Shown piece by piece: positions 40,196-51,276 of a DNA stretch of 64,000 nt. Numbering within the stretch: position 1 is the first letter of the stretch; each line of letters starts with the position of its first letter. A model generated the notes under the pieces. That model did not search any database, had not been told where the DNA came from, and saw only the letters and a program-made list of their open reading frames with translations. This stretch comes from Spirochaetia bacterium (GTDB lineage Bacteria > Spirochaetota > Spirochaetia > SZUA-6 > Bin103): NCBI GenBank assembly GCA_965208575.1, contig CBDBOV010000006.1:928001-992000 (forward strand). The letters run 5' to 3'. The translations under genes and the position numbers were made by a program.

Positions 40196-40225
40196 GCTGC
40201 ATCGCAGGTTGTAGGTAGGTTGCAG

Positions 40226-40258
40226 TTGTTTGACGTGAACAAACAATTGCCGTAAATT
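40226..40258 (+). promoter_or_regulatory. AbiE promoter with inverted-repeat operator
   Basis: TTGTTTG-N7-CAAACAA overlapping TTGACG-N17-TAAATT. Confidence 0.6.
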
Positions 40259-40327
40259 ATCTATTGCGTTCCACGTGCTACCAGAGTGAGTACGGTGTAA
40301 GAGTTCGTCAACAGCAAGCATGGCAAG

Positions 40328-41161
40328 ATGGCAAGAGAGCATCCAGTCCATACAGCGGTCGGAATGGAGCTGGTCAGGAAGCTCGCAGAGTCCGGTCAGC
40401 GCCTGTTCACGGCCGAAGACGCCCGCAAGGTTGCCCCGACTCTCGGCATATCTCCGGGCTACTTCCGGCAGGTGCTTCACCATCTGGCTCGGTCTGGTTG
40501 GGTCGTCCGCTTGAAGAAGGGGCTCTACTCACTTTCCGGGTCGGTTCCGGGCGTGACGCCGGTCCACGAGTTCGAGATCGCGATGGCGCTGGTCAAGCCT
40601 GCGGCTGTCAGCCACTGGTCGGCCCTCAGCCACCACGGCCTCACCGAACAGGCGCCTCGGCGTGTGTTCGCGCTTACCACCTCCGGGTGGGTGCCTCGGC
40701 GCCGCCACGCGAAGGCGCAACGCACCGACGAGGGCTACCCGGTGGGCGAGACCACCTACCAGTTCGTCCAGGTCAATTCCGAACGGTTTTTCGGTATCGA
40801 GGACGTATGGGTACACGAGGCCCGAATCAAGATCACCGACCCCGAGCGGACGCTGCTGGACGGCCTCACACGGCCCCGGTACTGCGGCGACTTCTTCGAG
40901 GTGCTCCATGCCTTCGAGGTCCGGGCCCCCAAGCTCGATGTGGACCGCATCGTCCGCTACGCACTCGAGCTGGACGGCGCGACGGCCAAGCGCCTCGGCT
41001 GGATCTTGGAACAGCAAGGGGTCGGGAGCGATCAGCTTGTACCGCTCCGCCAGGTGGCGACTAAGGGATACCGCGTGCTCGACCCGACCGGCCCGCGCCA
41101 GGGCCCCTGCGACGCCGCCTGGATGATCCAGGTTAATCTACCGGGAAAAGTGCCGTCATGA
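40328..41161 (+). CDS. Type IV TA antitoxin AbiEi family
   Basis: wHTH + RLKKGLY, SHWSALSHHGLTEQ, TDPERTLLD. Confidence 0.88.
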   Translation: MAREHPVHTAVGMELVRKLAESGQRLFTAEDARKVAPTLGISPGYFRQVLHHLARSGWVVRLKKGLYSLSGSVPGVTPVHEFEIAMALVKPAAVSHWSALSHHGLTEQAPRRVFALTTSGWVPRRRHAKAQRTDEGYPVGETTYQFVQVNSERFFGIEDVWVHEARIKITDPERTLLDGLTRPRYCGDFFEVLHAFEVRAPKLDVDRIVRYALELDGATAKRLGWILEQQGVGSDQLVPLRQVATKGYRVLDPTGPRQGPCDAAWMIQVNLPGKVPS

Positions 41162-42030
41162 AGCCGCTGCGGGTTCGACTGCAGGAAGCCCGCAAACGGC
41201 TGGGGATTCCCTGGGAGGTGCTCGAACGGGACTACCTCCTCTCGTGGCTTCTGGCCGGCATCGAGGAAGTGGACGTGCTCCGCGACACCATCGCGTTCAA
41301 GGGCGGGACCGCGCTCAAGAAGTGCTACTTTGGCGACTACCGTTTTTCCGTAGACCTGGATTTCAGTGCCGTCGGCTCGGCTCCGACTGGCGCAGCGATG
41401 GAGTCTTCAATCCGCGACGCGTGCGCTGCGGCCACAGAACTCCTCGCTGCCTACACACCCGTCGAAATCGTGTGCGAGCGACACGTCGAGCGGGACCCGC
41501 ACCCTTCCGGCCAGGAGGCGTTCGACATCTGGGCACGATTCTCGTGGCATCGATCCACGCAGACCAAAGTCATGATCGAGACCACGATGGACGAATTGGT
41601 GCTGAAACCCGCGGTCCGGCGATCGATGCACCACGACTACGGCGAGCCACTCGACGTCCAGATCCTGGTCTATTCGCTGGAGGAGATCGTGGCCGAGAAG
41701 CTGCGTGCCATCCTCCAGCACCTGCGTTCGCTGGAGCGGCGGGGCTGGGTGCGTTCGCGAGCCCGGGACTACTACGACCTGTGGCGGATCTTGAGCACGC
41801 ACGGCGACCATCTGGATGTTTCGGGCTTCGATTCCTTCCTTCGAGAGAAATGCAGCCTCAGGAACGTCATGTTCTCCGGCGCCGAAAGCTTCTTCCCGCA
41901 GGCGATGCTCGCGATGGTGGAGAAGAGCTGGAAGCGGTGGCTTGGACCGCTGGTTCCGAACCTCCCGCAGTACAACACCGTTATCGGGGAACTCCGACCG
42001 ATGGTCGCCTCGGTGCTCAGCCCGAAGTAG
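41158..42030 (+). CDS. Type IV TA toxin AbiEii nucleotidyltransferase
   Basis: ERDY, FKGGTALKKCY, RFSVDLDF, AEKLRA, RARDYYD. Confidence 0.9.
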   Translation: MKPLRVRLQEARKRLGIPWEVLERDYLLSWLLAGIEEVDVLRDTIAFKGGTALKKCYFGDYRFSVDLDFSAVGSAPTGAAMESSIRDACAAATELLAAYTPVEIVCERHVERDPHPSGQEAFDIWARFSWHRSTQTKVMIETTMDELVLKPAVRRSMHHDYGEPLDVQILVYSLEEIVAEKLRAILQHLRSLERRGWVRSRARDYYDLWRILSTHGDHLDVSGFDSFLREKCSLRNVMFSGAESFFPQAMLAMVEKSWKRWLGPLVPNLPQYNTVIGELRPMVASVLSPK

Positions 42031-42249
42031 CGGCGACGAACCACAATTATCCCTTTCCTCGCCGAATCGGCAGGCTCACGGGTGAGCCGATGGCGCGTTC
42101 CGTTTCGGTAAAGTTCTCAGCGAACAAGCCATTTCCGCCGGGCCTAGTCTAGGCGCGGTGATGAGTGTGCTGCGAGCTTCTCTGCGCACCTCCGCCGAGT
42201 TGCCCTCCGACTACGACGCTACCGTTCGCCAGGAGGGCGACCAGTCCGT

Positions 42250-42400
42250 GATATCGAGCGACACTCGGGAAGAGCGAGTGTCGGCGACAGAGGCGAGCCG
42301 CTCCTTTTCCAGGATCCTCGACCGCGTCGAGTCATCCCGTGGCCGGTTCCTGGTCCACCGCCGGGGGCGTGAGGTCTGCGTCATCGCACCGCCCACTTGC
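42250..42400 (+). pseudogene. Phd-like antitoxin fragment
   Basis: VSATEASRSFSRILDRVE..FLVHRRGREVCVIAP, then similarity is lost. Confidence 0.55.
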
Positions 42401-42568
42401 ACAGATGGCGTCATACATCGCTTCGGACGCGAGGTCGGTGCCGTTTACTGCCAAGCCAGTGATCTCACGCTTCATTCCGTCATCCGACGTGGCGTGCCGG
42501 GGTGAGTGGCTACACCCGGTCAGCGATCTCCTGGCCGAACTCGATCTCTGCGCCCAGGCAGCGTTCGG

Positions 42569-43543
42569 TCAGCTACGCGAAGAGCGCGTCCGCACCGCTT
42601 TCTGCAGCGCCTTGCCGCCGTGGGCGCCCATGCGGCCCCCGCCACCCCGCAGGCGCGGGTCGAGCAGGTCGCGCAGCGCGTCGCCCAACATGTTGAAGCT
42701 GTACACCACGATGGTCAGGAAGATGCCGGGCCACATGGCGAGCCACGGCGCCTGCTGCATGTACTTGCGCCCCTCGCGGCTCAGAAGGCCGCCCCAGCTC
42801 GGCACGCTCAGCGGCAGCCCGAAGCCCAGAAAGCTCAAGCTGGCCTCGGTGATGATGACCGCGCCGATGGTGATGCTGAAGATGATGACGATGGGCGCCA
42901 GCACGTTGGGCAGCACGTGGCGCAGCACCGTGCGCCAGGGCGGGCTGCCGACCGCCTGCGCGGCCTGGAAGTAGGCGTTCTCCTTTACGCCGATCACCGC
43001 ACCCCGGACCACGCGCGAGCTGCCGACGCCGTAGGTCAGGCCCAGCACGATGACGATCTGCGGTGCGCCGGTACCCAGAATCGACATGATGGTCATGAGC
43101 AGGAGCAGTCCCGGAAAGGCCATCCAGGCATCGACGAATCTCTGCGTCACCATGTCGAGTCGGCCGCCGATGAACCCCGACAGGCCGCCAACGACGGTGG
43201 CCACCAGCACCGCCACCGTGGTGGCCGCGAAGCCGACCAGCAGCGACAGGCGCGCGCCGTAGATGTTGCGGCTCAGGAAGTCGCGCCCGATATGATCGGT
43301 TCCCAGCAGATGCTCGGCGGAGGAGCCCTGCAGCCTCCGGGTCACGTCCTGGCGCAGGTCGGGGTCGGGCGCCACCACGTCGGCGAAGATGCTCACCAGC
43401 AGGAACAGCACGATGATCGCCGCGCCGAGTAGGCCCAACGGCTTCTCCCGGACCAGCCGGTAAAAAAAGTCTGCAAGAGGACCGCGCCGGCGTCGCGCTT
43501 CGGCGCCGACCGGATCAGCGATAGGATCGGAGATCCCACTCAC
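42569..43543 (-). CDS. ABC permease DppC-like (high-GC)
   Basis: Family motifs. Confidence 0.93.
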   Translation of the reverse strand: MSGISDPIADPVGAEARRRRGPLADFFYRLVREKPLGLLGAAIIVLFLLVSIFADVVAPDPDLRQDVTRRLQGSSAEHLLGTDHIGRDFLSRNIYGARLSLLVGFAATTVAVLVATVVGGLSGFIGGRLDMVTQRFVDAWMAFPGLLLLMTIMSILGTGAPQIVIVLGLTYGVGSSRVVRGAVIGVKENAYFQAAQAVGSPPWRTVLRHVLPNVLAPIVIIFSITIGAVIITEASLSFLGFGLPLSVPSWGGLLSREGRKYMQQAPWLAMWPGIFLTIVVYSFNMLGDALRDLLDPRLRGGGGRMGAHGGKALQKAVRTRSSRS

Positions 43544-44499
43544 TGGTAGCGAATCCTCGGGTCGAGGTAACCGTACAGCAGGTCGATCAGCAGGTTGTTG
43601 AACAGGATGAAGGTCGCAAAGAACAGGTTGATGCCCGATACCATCGGATAGTCACGGATCGACAGCGACTGGACGAACAGCGACCCTAGGCCGGGCAGGT
43701 TGAACAGCGTCTCGATGATGACCGAGCCACCCACCAGGATCGGCAGCTGCAGCCCGATGAGCGTCACCACCGGGATGAGCGCGTTCTTCATCGTGTGACG
43801 GACGACCACCAGCCGCTCTCGCAGGCCCTTGGCCCACGCCGTGCGCACGTAGTCCTGCCGCAGCACCTCCAGCATCATGGTGCGCGTCATCCGCATGGTG
43901 GCGGCAGACAGGTAGGTGCCCAGGATCAGGCCGGGGATGAGGAACGCGCCGATATGGGCCAGCGGATCCTCGCTGAAAGGATACAGTCGCAGCGGCGGCG
44001 CCCAGCCCCACCAGATGGCGGGAAAGATGAGGACCATGAGGGCCAGCCAGAAGTTGGGCGTGGCCAGCCCGAAGATGGCGACGCTGCGGCCCGCGTAATC
44101 GCCTACGCTGTCCTGGCGCACCGCCGAGTAGATGCCCACCGGCAGCGCGATCACCAGGCCGATGAGCAGCGCCACCGCCCCCAACTCCAGGGTGACGGGC
44201 ACTCTGGCGAGGATCTTCGCCTCCACGGGCGCCAGGTCCCGTTGCAGGGACTGACCGAGCGTACCGCGCAACAGGATCCCCGACACCCAGCGCACGTACG
44301 CGATGTGGGTTGGGACGTCCAGTCCCAGCATCTCGCTCAGCCGCTCCCGGTCGACCTCGGTCCCGACGAACTGAGAGTCGCTCAGCAGGATGTCGATGTA
44401 GTCGCCGGGGAGCAGGCGCACCGAGAAGAATACCAGCGCGCTCAGGATGAACAGCGTCGGGATGAACAGCAGCAGCCGCCGGATGACGTACGTGCGCAC
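43540..44499 (-). CDS. ABC permease DppB-like (high-GC)
   Basis: GTG start, VRTYVIRRLLL; family motifs. Confidence 0.93.
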   Translation of the reverse strand: MRTYVIRRLLLFIPTLFILSALVFFSVRLLPGDYIDILLSDSQFVGTEVDRERLSEMLGLDVPTHIAYVRWVSGILLRGTLGQSLQRDLAPVEAKILARVPVTLELGAVALLIGLVIALPVGIYSAVRQDSVGDYAGRSVAIFGLATPNFWLALMVLIFPAIWWGWAPPLRLYPFSEDPLAHIGAFLIPGLILGTYLSAATMRMTRTMMLEVLRQDYVRTAWAKGLRERLVVVRHTMKNALIPVVTLIGLQLPILVGGSVIIETLFNLPGLGSLFVQSLSIRDYPMVSGINLFFATFILFNNLLIDLLYGYLDPRIRYQ

Positions 44500-44558
44500 A
44501 GAAGTGGAGGGTCTGGGGCCGCGCAGGCGTGCCCCAGACCACAAGAACCAAAACGAGC

Positions 44559-46349
44559 TTAGTTCAACTCGGCCTTGAGCTGACTATCGATCCACATGCG
44601 CGCGTAGGGCCCATTCCAGGCGCAGTTGCCGATCGCCATCTCGCCGTTGTAGCCGACGATCCATGGCTGCGCAATGTTGAACGCTGGAACCCGCGGACCA
44701 TAGATGTAGGGGTGCTGCTCGATGACGTACATGTCGAGCGCCTTCGCCAGCCGTCGGTGCTCCTCCGCGTCACCAGCGGCAGCATCCAACTCGTCATATT
44801 TGGCCTCGAACACCGGGTCGCTAAAGGTGCCGGCCCTGTAGCTTGAGTCGTCGCGAAACTGGCCGAGAGTAGAGGCCATCTGCCCGTAGTCAGCGCCGAC
44901 GGCCCAGAAGTCTTTCAGTCCGTCGAAATCCAACGCCGCGCGCCGTCCCTCGTACGTGGCGCTGTCCACCGCCTCGATCTCGGCCTCCACGCCGATCTCC
45001 TTCCAGTAGCCGGCTACCAGCTCCATGTAGCCCACGTCGCTCCGGTCGACTCTGGTCAGGATCGAGGTCTGAAAGCGGACGCCGTCCGCGCCGCGTGGGT
45101 ATCCGGCCTCATCGAGCAGTCGCTCGGCACCCGCCGGGTCGTAGGACCAGAACTTCTTGAGTTCCTCGGGCCAGGTATCGAAGGGGTTGTTGTAACCGAT
45201 CACCGCAGGCCCGATCGACCCCGTCGGCTGCCAATCGCCGAAGCCATAGTAATAGTTGTCTGTGACGGTCTTCAGGTCGAGCGCCATCTGCAGCGCGTGG
45301 CGCACCCTGATGTCGTCAAGGGGAGGCTTATCCATTCTCATCCCCAACGACGTCTCCGATCGGCGCGCGATCGGGAAGAGCTGCATGCCCGGGACATCTT
45401 CCTGGAGCTGCACCGCGTTGGCGATCGACTTGATCAGCACGTTACCGGTCGCCCCGGCGATATCGATCTGGCCCGACCGCAGTGCCGCAAGAATGGTCGC
45501 CTCGTCGCTCATGAACAGCATCACGAGCTTGTCGGCGTAGGGCAGGCGGTTCCCCGGGTACTTCTCGTCGTCCTTCCAGTAGTTGGGGTTCCTGTCCCAC
45601 GTGATCGAACTGCCGCTGACGTACTCGTTCACCATGAAGGGCCCGGTGCCGATCAGGTTGTTGACGTTGCCGAGCATGTCGAAGGTCTCGGGCGGATATG
45701 CCCGGACGTGGCAGTCGTCGAACAGTTGCCGATGGGTGTCCGCGTTCGGCCGCGACAGCTTGATCACCAATGTCAGCTTGTCGGTGGCCGTTACCGACTC
45801 GAAGGGCAGGGCTTTTGTTCCCCAGGTATGCACCGCGGGCTCCTGGCCGGCAAACCTGCCGATGCCGAACAGGCGCTCGTAGTTGGCGGCCATATCGTCA
45901 GCGGTAAACTGGCGACCGTTCACCGGCGGCTTGTCGTGAAAGAACACATTGTCGCGCATCTTGTAGATGTAGGTCAACGGATCCGGGTTCTCCCAGCTCT
46001 CTGCCAGGTGGTCGCTGACGACGCTCTCGGGATAGTAGGTCACCATTTTGTTGACGCTGCGGTCGACTGCCCAGTCGGCTTGGCCCAACTTGTCCAGAGC
46101 CGCTCCCGCGTACACTCCGCCGGCGTGGCTGATCCAGGTGTCGGCGTGGTCAAACCCCAAGGGTCGCTGCGCAACGGTAATGGTCCCGCCGTACGCCGGC
46201 TTGAGCACCTGCTTGCCGGTGGACGGATCGGTCACGTACTCCTTCTCGACGGCCATCGCCGCCTCGTCTTCGCCAGCGGGGCTGGCGAACGTAACGGTAG
46301 CCACCAGCGCGACCGCCAGTGTCATGAACCAAAGGAATCGAAGAGCCAT
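44559..46349 (-). CDS. ABC substrate-binding protein, family 5 (high-GC, different leader)
   Basis: GGGGGAG RBS + MALRFLW signal; family motifs. Confidence 0.93.
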   Translation of the reverse strand: MALRFLWFMTLAVALVATVTFASPAGEDEAAMAVEKEYVTDPSTGKQVLKPAYGGTITVAQRPLGFDHADTWISHAGGVYAGAALDKLGQADWAVDRSVNKMVTYYPESVVSDHLAESWENPDPLTYIYKMRDNVFFHDKPPVNGRQFTADDMAANYERLFGIGRFAGQEPAVHTWGTKALPFESVTATDKLTLVIKLSRPNADTHRQLFDDCHVRAYPPETFDMLGNVNNLIGTGPFMVNEYVSGSSITWDRNPNYWKDDEKYPGNRLPYADKLVMLFMSDEATILAALRSGQIDIAGATGNVLIKSIANAVQLQEDVPGMQLFPIARRSETSLGMRMDKPPLDDIRVRHALQMALDLKTVTDNYYYGFGDWQPTGSIGPAVIGYNNPFDTWPEELKKFWSYDPAGAERLLDEAGYPRGADGVRFQTSILTRVDRSDVGYMELVAGYWKEIGVEAEIEAVDSATYEGRRAALDFDGLKDFWAVGADYGQMASTLGQFRDDSSYRAGTFSDPVFEAKYDELDAAAGDAEEHRRLAKALDMYVIEQHPYIYGPRVPAFNIAQPWIVGYNGEMAIGNCAWNGPYARMWIDSQLKAELN

Positions 46350-47029
46350 AGTGCTCCCCCTTGTTTCGGGACCTCGGGTCTGCGACCCGTTGCCCGGGTT
46401 TTTGGTTTTCGCCGGTAACACCGGCTTTCTTGCGGGGTGGTGGTGGTGGCGCGCCGGCGGCCGCACGGGCGTGAGGGGCGCTGGGTGTGGATGTCTACGG
46501 GAGTGGCCGCGCTGTCGGCGCAGGCAACGGCGGAAGAATCGCGGGCGCGGCCAGGTGCGCCGTTCGGGCTTTCTAGGCTGCTCTGTAAATCTCGGGGGAG
46601 GGGGGGTAGGCGAGGATAGAACGAACCGGCTGCGTTGCCGCTAGGAGCTTGTCGGCTTCGCCGACGAGGTCCGAGCGTACGGGTGGGATGGGCCCCCCGC
46701 TTCGCGTCCCTGCGCGCCGACGCCTCGGGCGTCGGTCTTTCGGGCGCTAACCGGTGGCAGTGCTGAGTAGTGTTACCACGTGTCCGTAGCATGCGTTCAG
46801 ACCCGTTACGCCTACCATGGCACACCTGTGGCAACCACGTCAATAGGTCCGGCCAACGACACGTCCGCATTCGTCCGCCTGACGCGCCACTGTGGAGCGA
46901 CCCGACTCTGTGGTACACTGGAGCGCGCTCAACGGAGGGAAACGAGTTCCATGACCGAACGGTCCCGGACTACTGTCGAACTTGGAACGCTGGTTTCTCA
47001 TTAAACCTGAGTATAGAAAGGAATTGTCC

Positions 47030-48109
47030 ATGAAGGTGAAAGCCGCTGTCTTGTACGAAGAGAACCAGCCAATTGTGGTTGAAGAGGTTGATGTGGACGG
47101 TCCCAAAGCGGGCGAAGTCCTGGTCAAGATCGCCGCGACGGGTGTCTGCCATAGCTGCTATGCCGTCATTACGGGTAAGGAAAAGTGGCCGCTTCCCGCC
47201 GTGTTGGGCGATGAAGGAGCCGGTGTTGTCGAGGCGGTCGGGTCGGGTGTCAGCCTGGTCAAACCAGGTGATCCGGTGGTGCTTTCGATCTCGCCTGCCT
47301 GCGGTCACTGTATCTATTGTGTGCGTGGCTATGCCAGCCTTTGCCGCAAGGCAGCCCAGATGAAACAGCGCCCCCCGCGCTATAGCAAAAATGGCAAGGG
47401 CATCTACCAATTCACCGTCGCTTCCTTTGCCGAATATACGGTGGTCCCGCAAGAAGCCGCGGTCCCGATTGACCGGGATTTCCCGCTCGAAAAGGCAGCC
47501 CTGTGTGGTTGTAGCGTCATCACCGGCGTGGGTAGCGTGGCCAACACAGCGGAGGTGAAGCTAGGGAGCAGCGTCGTCGTTATTGGGGCCGGCGGCATCG
47601 GGTTGAATGCAATTCAAGGGGCCGCTCTGGCCGGGGCTGCCCAGATCATCGCGGTTGATTTGGTGGAGGAGAAGCTCGGACTGGCCCGCCAGTTTGGGGC
47701 CACCCATACCATCAACGCCAGCAACGGTGACCCGATACCCGAAATCCACAACTTGACCGAGGGTCTTGGCGCCGATTATGCGATTGAAGCGATTGGCACG
47801 AATGTGACGTATGAACAGGCGATACGAGCCATCCGACCGCGCGGCAAAGCGATCTTGATTGGTTTACCGCAGTCCGAACCGATTTGTCTGGAGCCTCGCC
47901 TACTCATGGGGGGTGAACGGATCATCATGGGCAGTGCCCTCGGCACGACGCGGATGCGCTATGACGTACCTCGGCTCCTCTCGCTCTATCGAGCCGGGAA
48001 ACTCAAGCTGGATGAACTTATCACCCGGACCTATCCGTTGGAAGCGGTGAATGAGGCGTTTGAAGACATGCTCAACGGCAAGGTTGCCCGTGGGGTAATC
48101 CGATTCTGA
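47030..48109 (+). CDS. Zn-dependent alcohol dehydrogenase (class III-like)
   Basis: GVCHS, CGHCIYC..C, GAGGIG; GDE instead of GHE. Confidence 0.9.
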   Translation: MKVKAAVLYEENQPIVVEEVDVDGPKAGEVLVKIAATGVCHSCYAVITGKEKWPLPAVLGDEGAGVVEAVGSGVSLVKPGDPVVLSISPACGHCIYCVRGYASLCRKAAQMKQRPPRYSKNGKGIYQFTVASFAEYTVVPQEAAVPIDRDFPLEKAALCGCSVITGVGSVANTAEVKLGSSVVVIGAGGIGLNAIQGAALAGAAQIIAVDLVEEKLGLARQFGATHTINASNGDPIPEIHNLTEGLGADYAIEAIGTNVTYEQAIRAIRPRGKAILIGLPQSEPICLEPRLLMGGERIIMGSALGTTRMRYDVPRLLSLYRAGKLKLDELITRTYPLEAVNEAFEDMLNGKVARGVIRF

Positions 48110-48194
48110 CCAGATATGGTTAAAGACCAGCCTCAGTCTGAGGCTGAATAGTTATGAAAAACTCTCATCCACAGACGAAAGGTTCCGCATGAAA

Positions 48195-49187
48195 TCACAG
48201 CGCATCGCCGACCGTCTCTGCATGCAGCTTTTCGAGGGTCTGATGAATATCGGGCGGTAGCGGACCTACCTGCGCAGCTACGACGCTCTCCTCGAGCTCC
48301 TCGGGCGTGGATGCACCCACAAGGATAGTCGACAGTTCCCGATTGGCGATCAAGAAACGAACCGTCAATGCGGCGATCGAAATATCGGTCGTCTCGGCCA
48401 ATTCGGCGAGGCGCTCATCTGAGAATACCGCTCCAACCGGAGCCAGAGGGCCTATACGGGCGAGCTGAAACGGCGAGGCCTCAGTTGACACGCCCAAACC
48501 AAACTTGGAGAAAATCCCTCCCACGACATAGGCAATTCCCTGCTCACGAACCACCGGCAGCATCGTCCGCGGGGACTGGCGGGCCAGCAGCGAATACTCG
48601 TGGGCCGACAGGCACATGTCAAACTCTACCCGCTGTAAGACATGAGCCAGCGCCGCAGACCGGTTTGAACTGAGACCAATGTAGCCGCACAGCCCTTGCG
48701 CCTTTGCTTCACGCAGCGCCTGAATGATGGCTGCGTTCGCGTAGTCGTGCTCCCTGTCGAGATCCAGAAGCTCGCCGTCCCGCGAGCCTGGTATCCAGGC
48801 TTTTGCCTTCTCGATGCTGTGCACCAGGAGAACGTCGACTTTATCGCGACGCAGGGCACGTAGGTTGTCTTGTATTTGAGCGCGGCAGTCCTCTACGGTG
48901 CTATAGTTGGACAGCTTTGTTGCGAGGAGATGCGGTTTCGTGGTCCCGTCAAGCCCCTCACCCATGATCAACTGCGACATACCCCGGTCTAGCCAACGGC
49001 CATCCACGCCGGCTCTACCGTAAGCGGGCGCTGTGTCGAAGTAGCTGACACCCAAATCGAGCGCATGTTTGACGGTTGCTATCCCTTGTTCATAGGAGTG
49101 CTTATACAAAGCGGCGCCGCCGAGGCCGATAACGCTGACTTTCTCACCAGTGCGGCCGAAGGAGCGCTGCTCCAGTGCGCTTGACAC
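48195..49187 (-). CDS. Aldo/keto reductase
   Basis: IGLGG, YFDTAPAYG, ATK, IGLS, ILVGAS; GGGAGG RBS. Confidence 0.88.
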   Translation of the reverse strand: MSSALEQRSFGRTGEKVSVIGLGGAALYKHSYEQGIATVKHALDLGVSYFDTAPAYGRAGVDGRWLDRGMSQLIMGEGLDGTTKPHLLATKLSNYSTVEDCRAQIQDNLRALRRDKVDVLLVHSIEKAKAWIPGSRDGELLDLDREHDYANAAIIQALREAKAQGLCGYIGLSSNRSAALAHVLQRVEFDMCLSAHEYSLLARQSPRTMLPVVREQGIAYVVGGIFSKFGLGVSTEASPFQLARIGPLAPVGAVFSDERLAELAETTDISIAALTVRFLIANRELSTILVGASTPEELEESVVAAQVGPLPPDIHQTLEKLHAETVGDAL

Positions 49188-49246
49188 GCGTGACCTCCCT
49201 ATCGATTCGATTCGTCCCCGGGTGTGCAGAGCGCATGCGCGCTCTC

Positions 49247-50170
49247 TCAAACCGACGGGGCGCCGCTGCCTGCCGCACGACCGCCGGCGCCCCGCAGCCG
49301 CGGATCGAGCAGGTCCCTGAGGGCGTCACCCAACATGTTGAAGCTGTACACCACAATCGTCAGGCACAGCCCTGGCCAGAGGGCCAGCCAGGGGGCTTGC
49401 TCCATGTACCTGCGCCCTTCCCGGCTGAGCATGCCGCCCCAGTCGGGAATGCTCGGTGGCAGACCGTAGCCGAGGAAGCCCAGAGCGGCCAAAGACATGA
49501 TCACCCCGCCGATGTTGATCGAGAAGACAATGATGACCGGCGCCATGATGTTGGGCAGGACATGGCGAGTCAGGATTTGACCCGTGGGCGTGCCCACGGC
49601 CCGGGCGGCCTGAAAATAGTCATTCTCCTTGATACCGATCACGGCGCTTCTCATGACTCTCGAGCCGCTGATGCCGCCAAGAATCCCCAGGACCACGATG
49701 ATCTGGGGGAGACCCCTTCCCACAATGGACATGACGGTGAGCAAGAGCAGCAATCCCGGAAACGCCATCCAGGCATCGACAAAGCGCTGCATCGCCAGGT
49801 CCAATCTACCCCCAAGGAATCCTGAAATGCCGCCGACCAGGACAGCGACGACGACATTCACCGCAGTCGCGGCCAGACCGACAAGTACGGACACGCGAGC
49901 CCCGATGATCAGGCGGCTGAGCAGGTCTCGCCCGGCTTGGTCGGTACCCAGAAGATACTGGAATGATGGGCCGGTAAGCCTGTCTATCAGGTGCGTTTCC
50001 TTATAGGAATAAGGCGCCAGCACATCGGCAAAGATCGCCACGAACAGCAATATCACTATGATGATACCGCTGGCCACACCGAGTGGCTTCTCCGTCCACA
50101 GCCTGATAAAGAAAGCAGTAACTGCGTTACGCCTCTTTGGCTCACTTACTAGCGATGGTTCATCACTCAT
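49247..50170 (-). CDS. ABC permease DppC-like
   Basis: Family motifs. Confidence 0.95.
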   Translation of the reverse strand: MSDEPSLVSEPKRRNAVTAFFIRLWTEKPLGVASGIIIVILLFVAIFADVLAPYSYKETHLIDRLTGPSFQYLLGTDQAGRDLLSRLIIGARVSVLVGLAATAVNVVVAVLVGGISGFLGGRLDLAMQRFVDAWMAFPGLLLLLTVMSIVGRGLPQIIVVLGILGGISGSRVMRSAVIGIKENDYFQAARAVGTPTGQILTRHVLPNIMAPVIIVFSINIGGVIMSLAALGFLGYGLPPSIPDWGGMLSREGRRYMEQAPWLALWPGLCLTIVVYSFNMLGDALRDLLDPRLRGAGGRAAGSGAPSV

Positions 50171-50185
50171 ACTCGCCGTTTTCCT

Positions 50186-51196
50186 CTATTCATACCGAAT
50201 CCTGGGGTCCAAGAGAGCATAAATCGCGTCGATCATGAGATTGATCACCAAAACCGCGGTAGCAAAAATCATGTTTATTGCGGAGACTACCGGATAGTCT
50301 CTGCTATCGAGGGCATCCACAAACAAACTGCCTAGCCCCGGCAGAGCGAATATTTGCTCCAGGATAACGGAGCCACCTACCAGGAGGGGTAGCTGCAGGC
50401 CGACGAGCGTAACTACCGGGATGAGGGCATTCTTGATGCCGTGCCGCATGACAACTACCCGTTCCCTGAGCCCCTTCGACCAAGCCGTCCTGATATAGTC
50501 TTGCCTGAGCACCTCCAGCATCATGGTGCGCGTCATCCGCATGGTGCTGGCAGCAAGGGCTGTCCCCAGAATCAGGGCCGGAATGAGGAACATCCCCAGA
50601 TTCCCCAGCGGGTCTTCCTTGAAGGGAATCAACTCTACCGGTGGCGACCAGCCCCACCAGAGAGCCGGGTAAAGCATGACCATTGTTGCCAGCCAGAAGT
50701 TCGGTGTTGCCAAGCCGATGACGGCGGCGGTGCGCCCGACGTAGTCGGCGGCGGTATCCTGGCGGATCGCCGAGTAGACGCCGACCGGCAAGGCTATGAC
50801 GAGCCCAATTACGATTGCCAGAATGCCAAGCTCAATGGTGACTGGCAATCTCCCGATCATGACCTCCTCTACCGTCACGCCACCGCCAAACAGCGATACG
50901 CCGAAGGTGCCCTGGAGGAGACCTGTAAAGCGGGACTCACCGGTAAGCCGATCAGGGGTCGGCAACACTCCTATCCAGCGTCCATACTGCACGTAGACAG
51001 GCACGTCCAATCCAAGCATACGCTCCAGAGCTTCGCGGTCTATGTCGCCCGCGGACTGGAATCCAGGGCCCATCTCAGCCACCATTGTGTCTATTACATC
51101 GCCGGGGATAAGGCGGACCGTAACAAAGACTATGATGGTCAATATGAACAGGGTGGGGATTATAAGCAATAACCGCCTGATGAGATAGGTTCTCAT
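50186..51196 (-). CDS. ABC permease DppB-like
   Basis: Family motifs. Confidence 0.95.
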   Translation of the reverse strand: MRTYLIRRLLLIIPTLFILTIIVFVTVRLIPGDVIDTMVAEMGPGFQSAGDIDREALERMLGLDVPVYVQYGRWIGVLPTPDRLTGESRFTGLLQGTFGVSLFGGGVTVEEVMIGRLPVTIELGILAIVIGLVIALPVGVYSAIRQDTAADYVGRTAAVIGLATPNFWLATMVMLYPALWWGWSPPVELIPFKEDPLGNLGMFLIPALILGTALAASTMRMTRTMMLEVLRQDYIRTAWSKGLRERVVVMRHGIKNALIPVVTLVGLQLPLLVGGSVILEQIFALPGLGSLFVDALDSRDYPVVSAINMIFATAVLVINLMIDAIYALLDPRIRYE

Positions 51197-51276
51197 GTGT
51201 TGTTAGTGCCGTAGGTATGGGAGCTGGGAAGCGCGCTCACAAGCGACCGCCACCCAGCTCCACAGGAGTACGCCTG

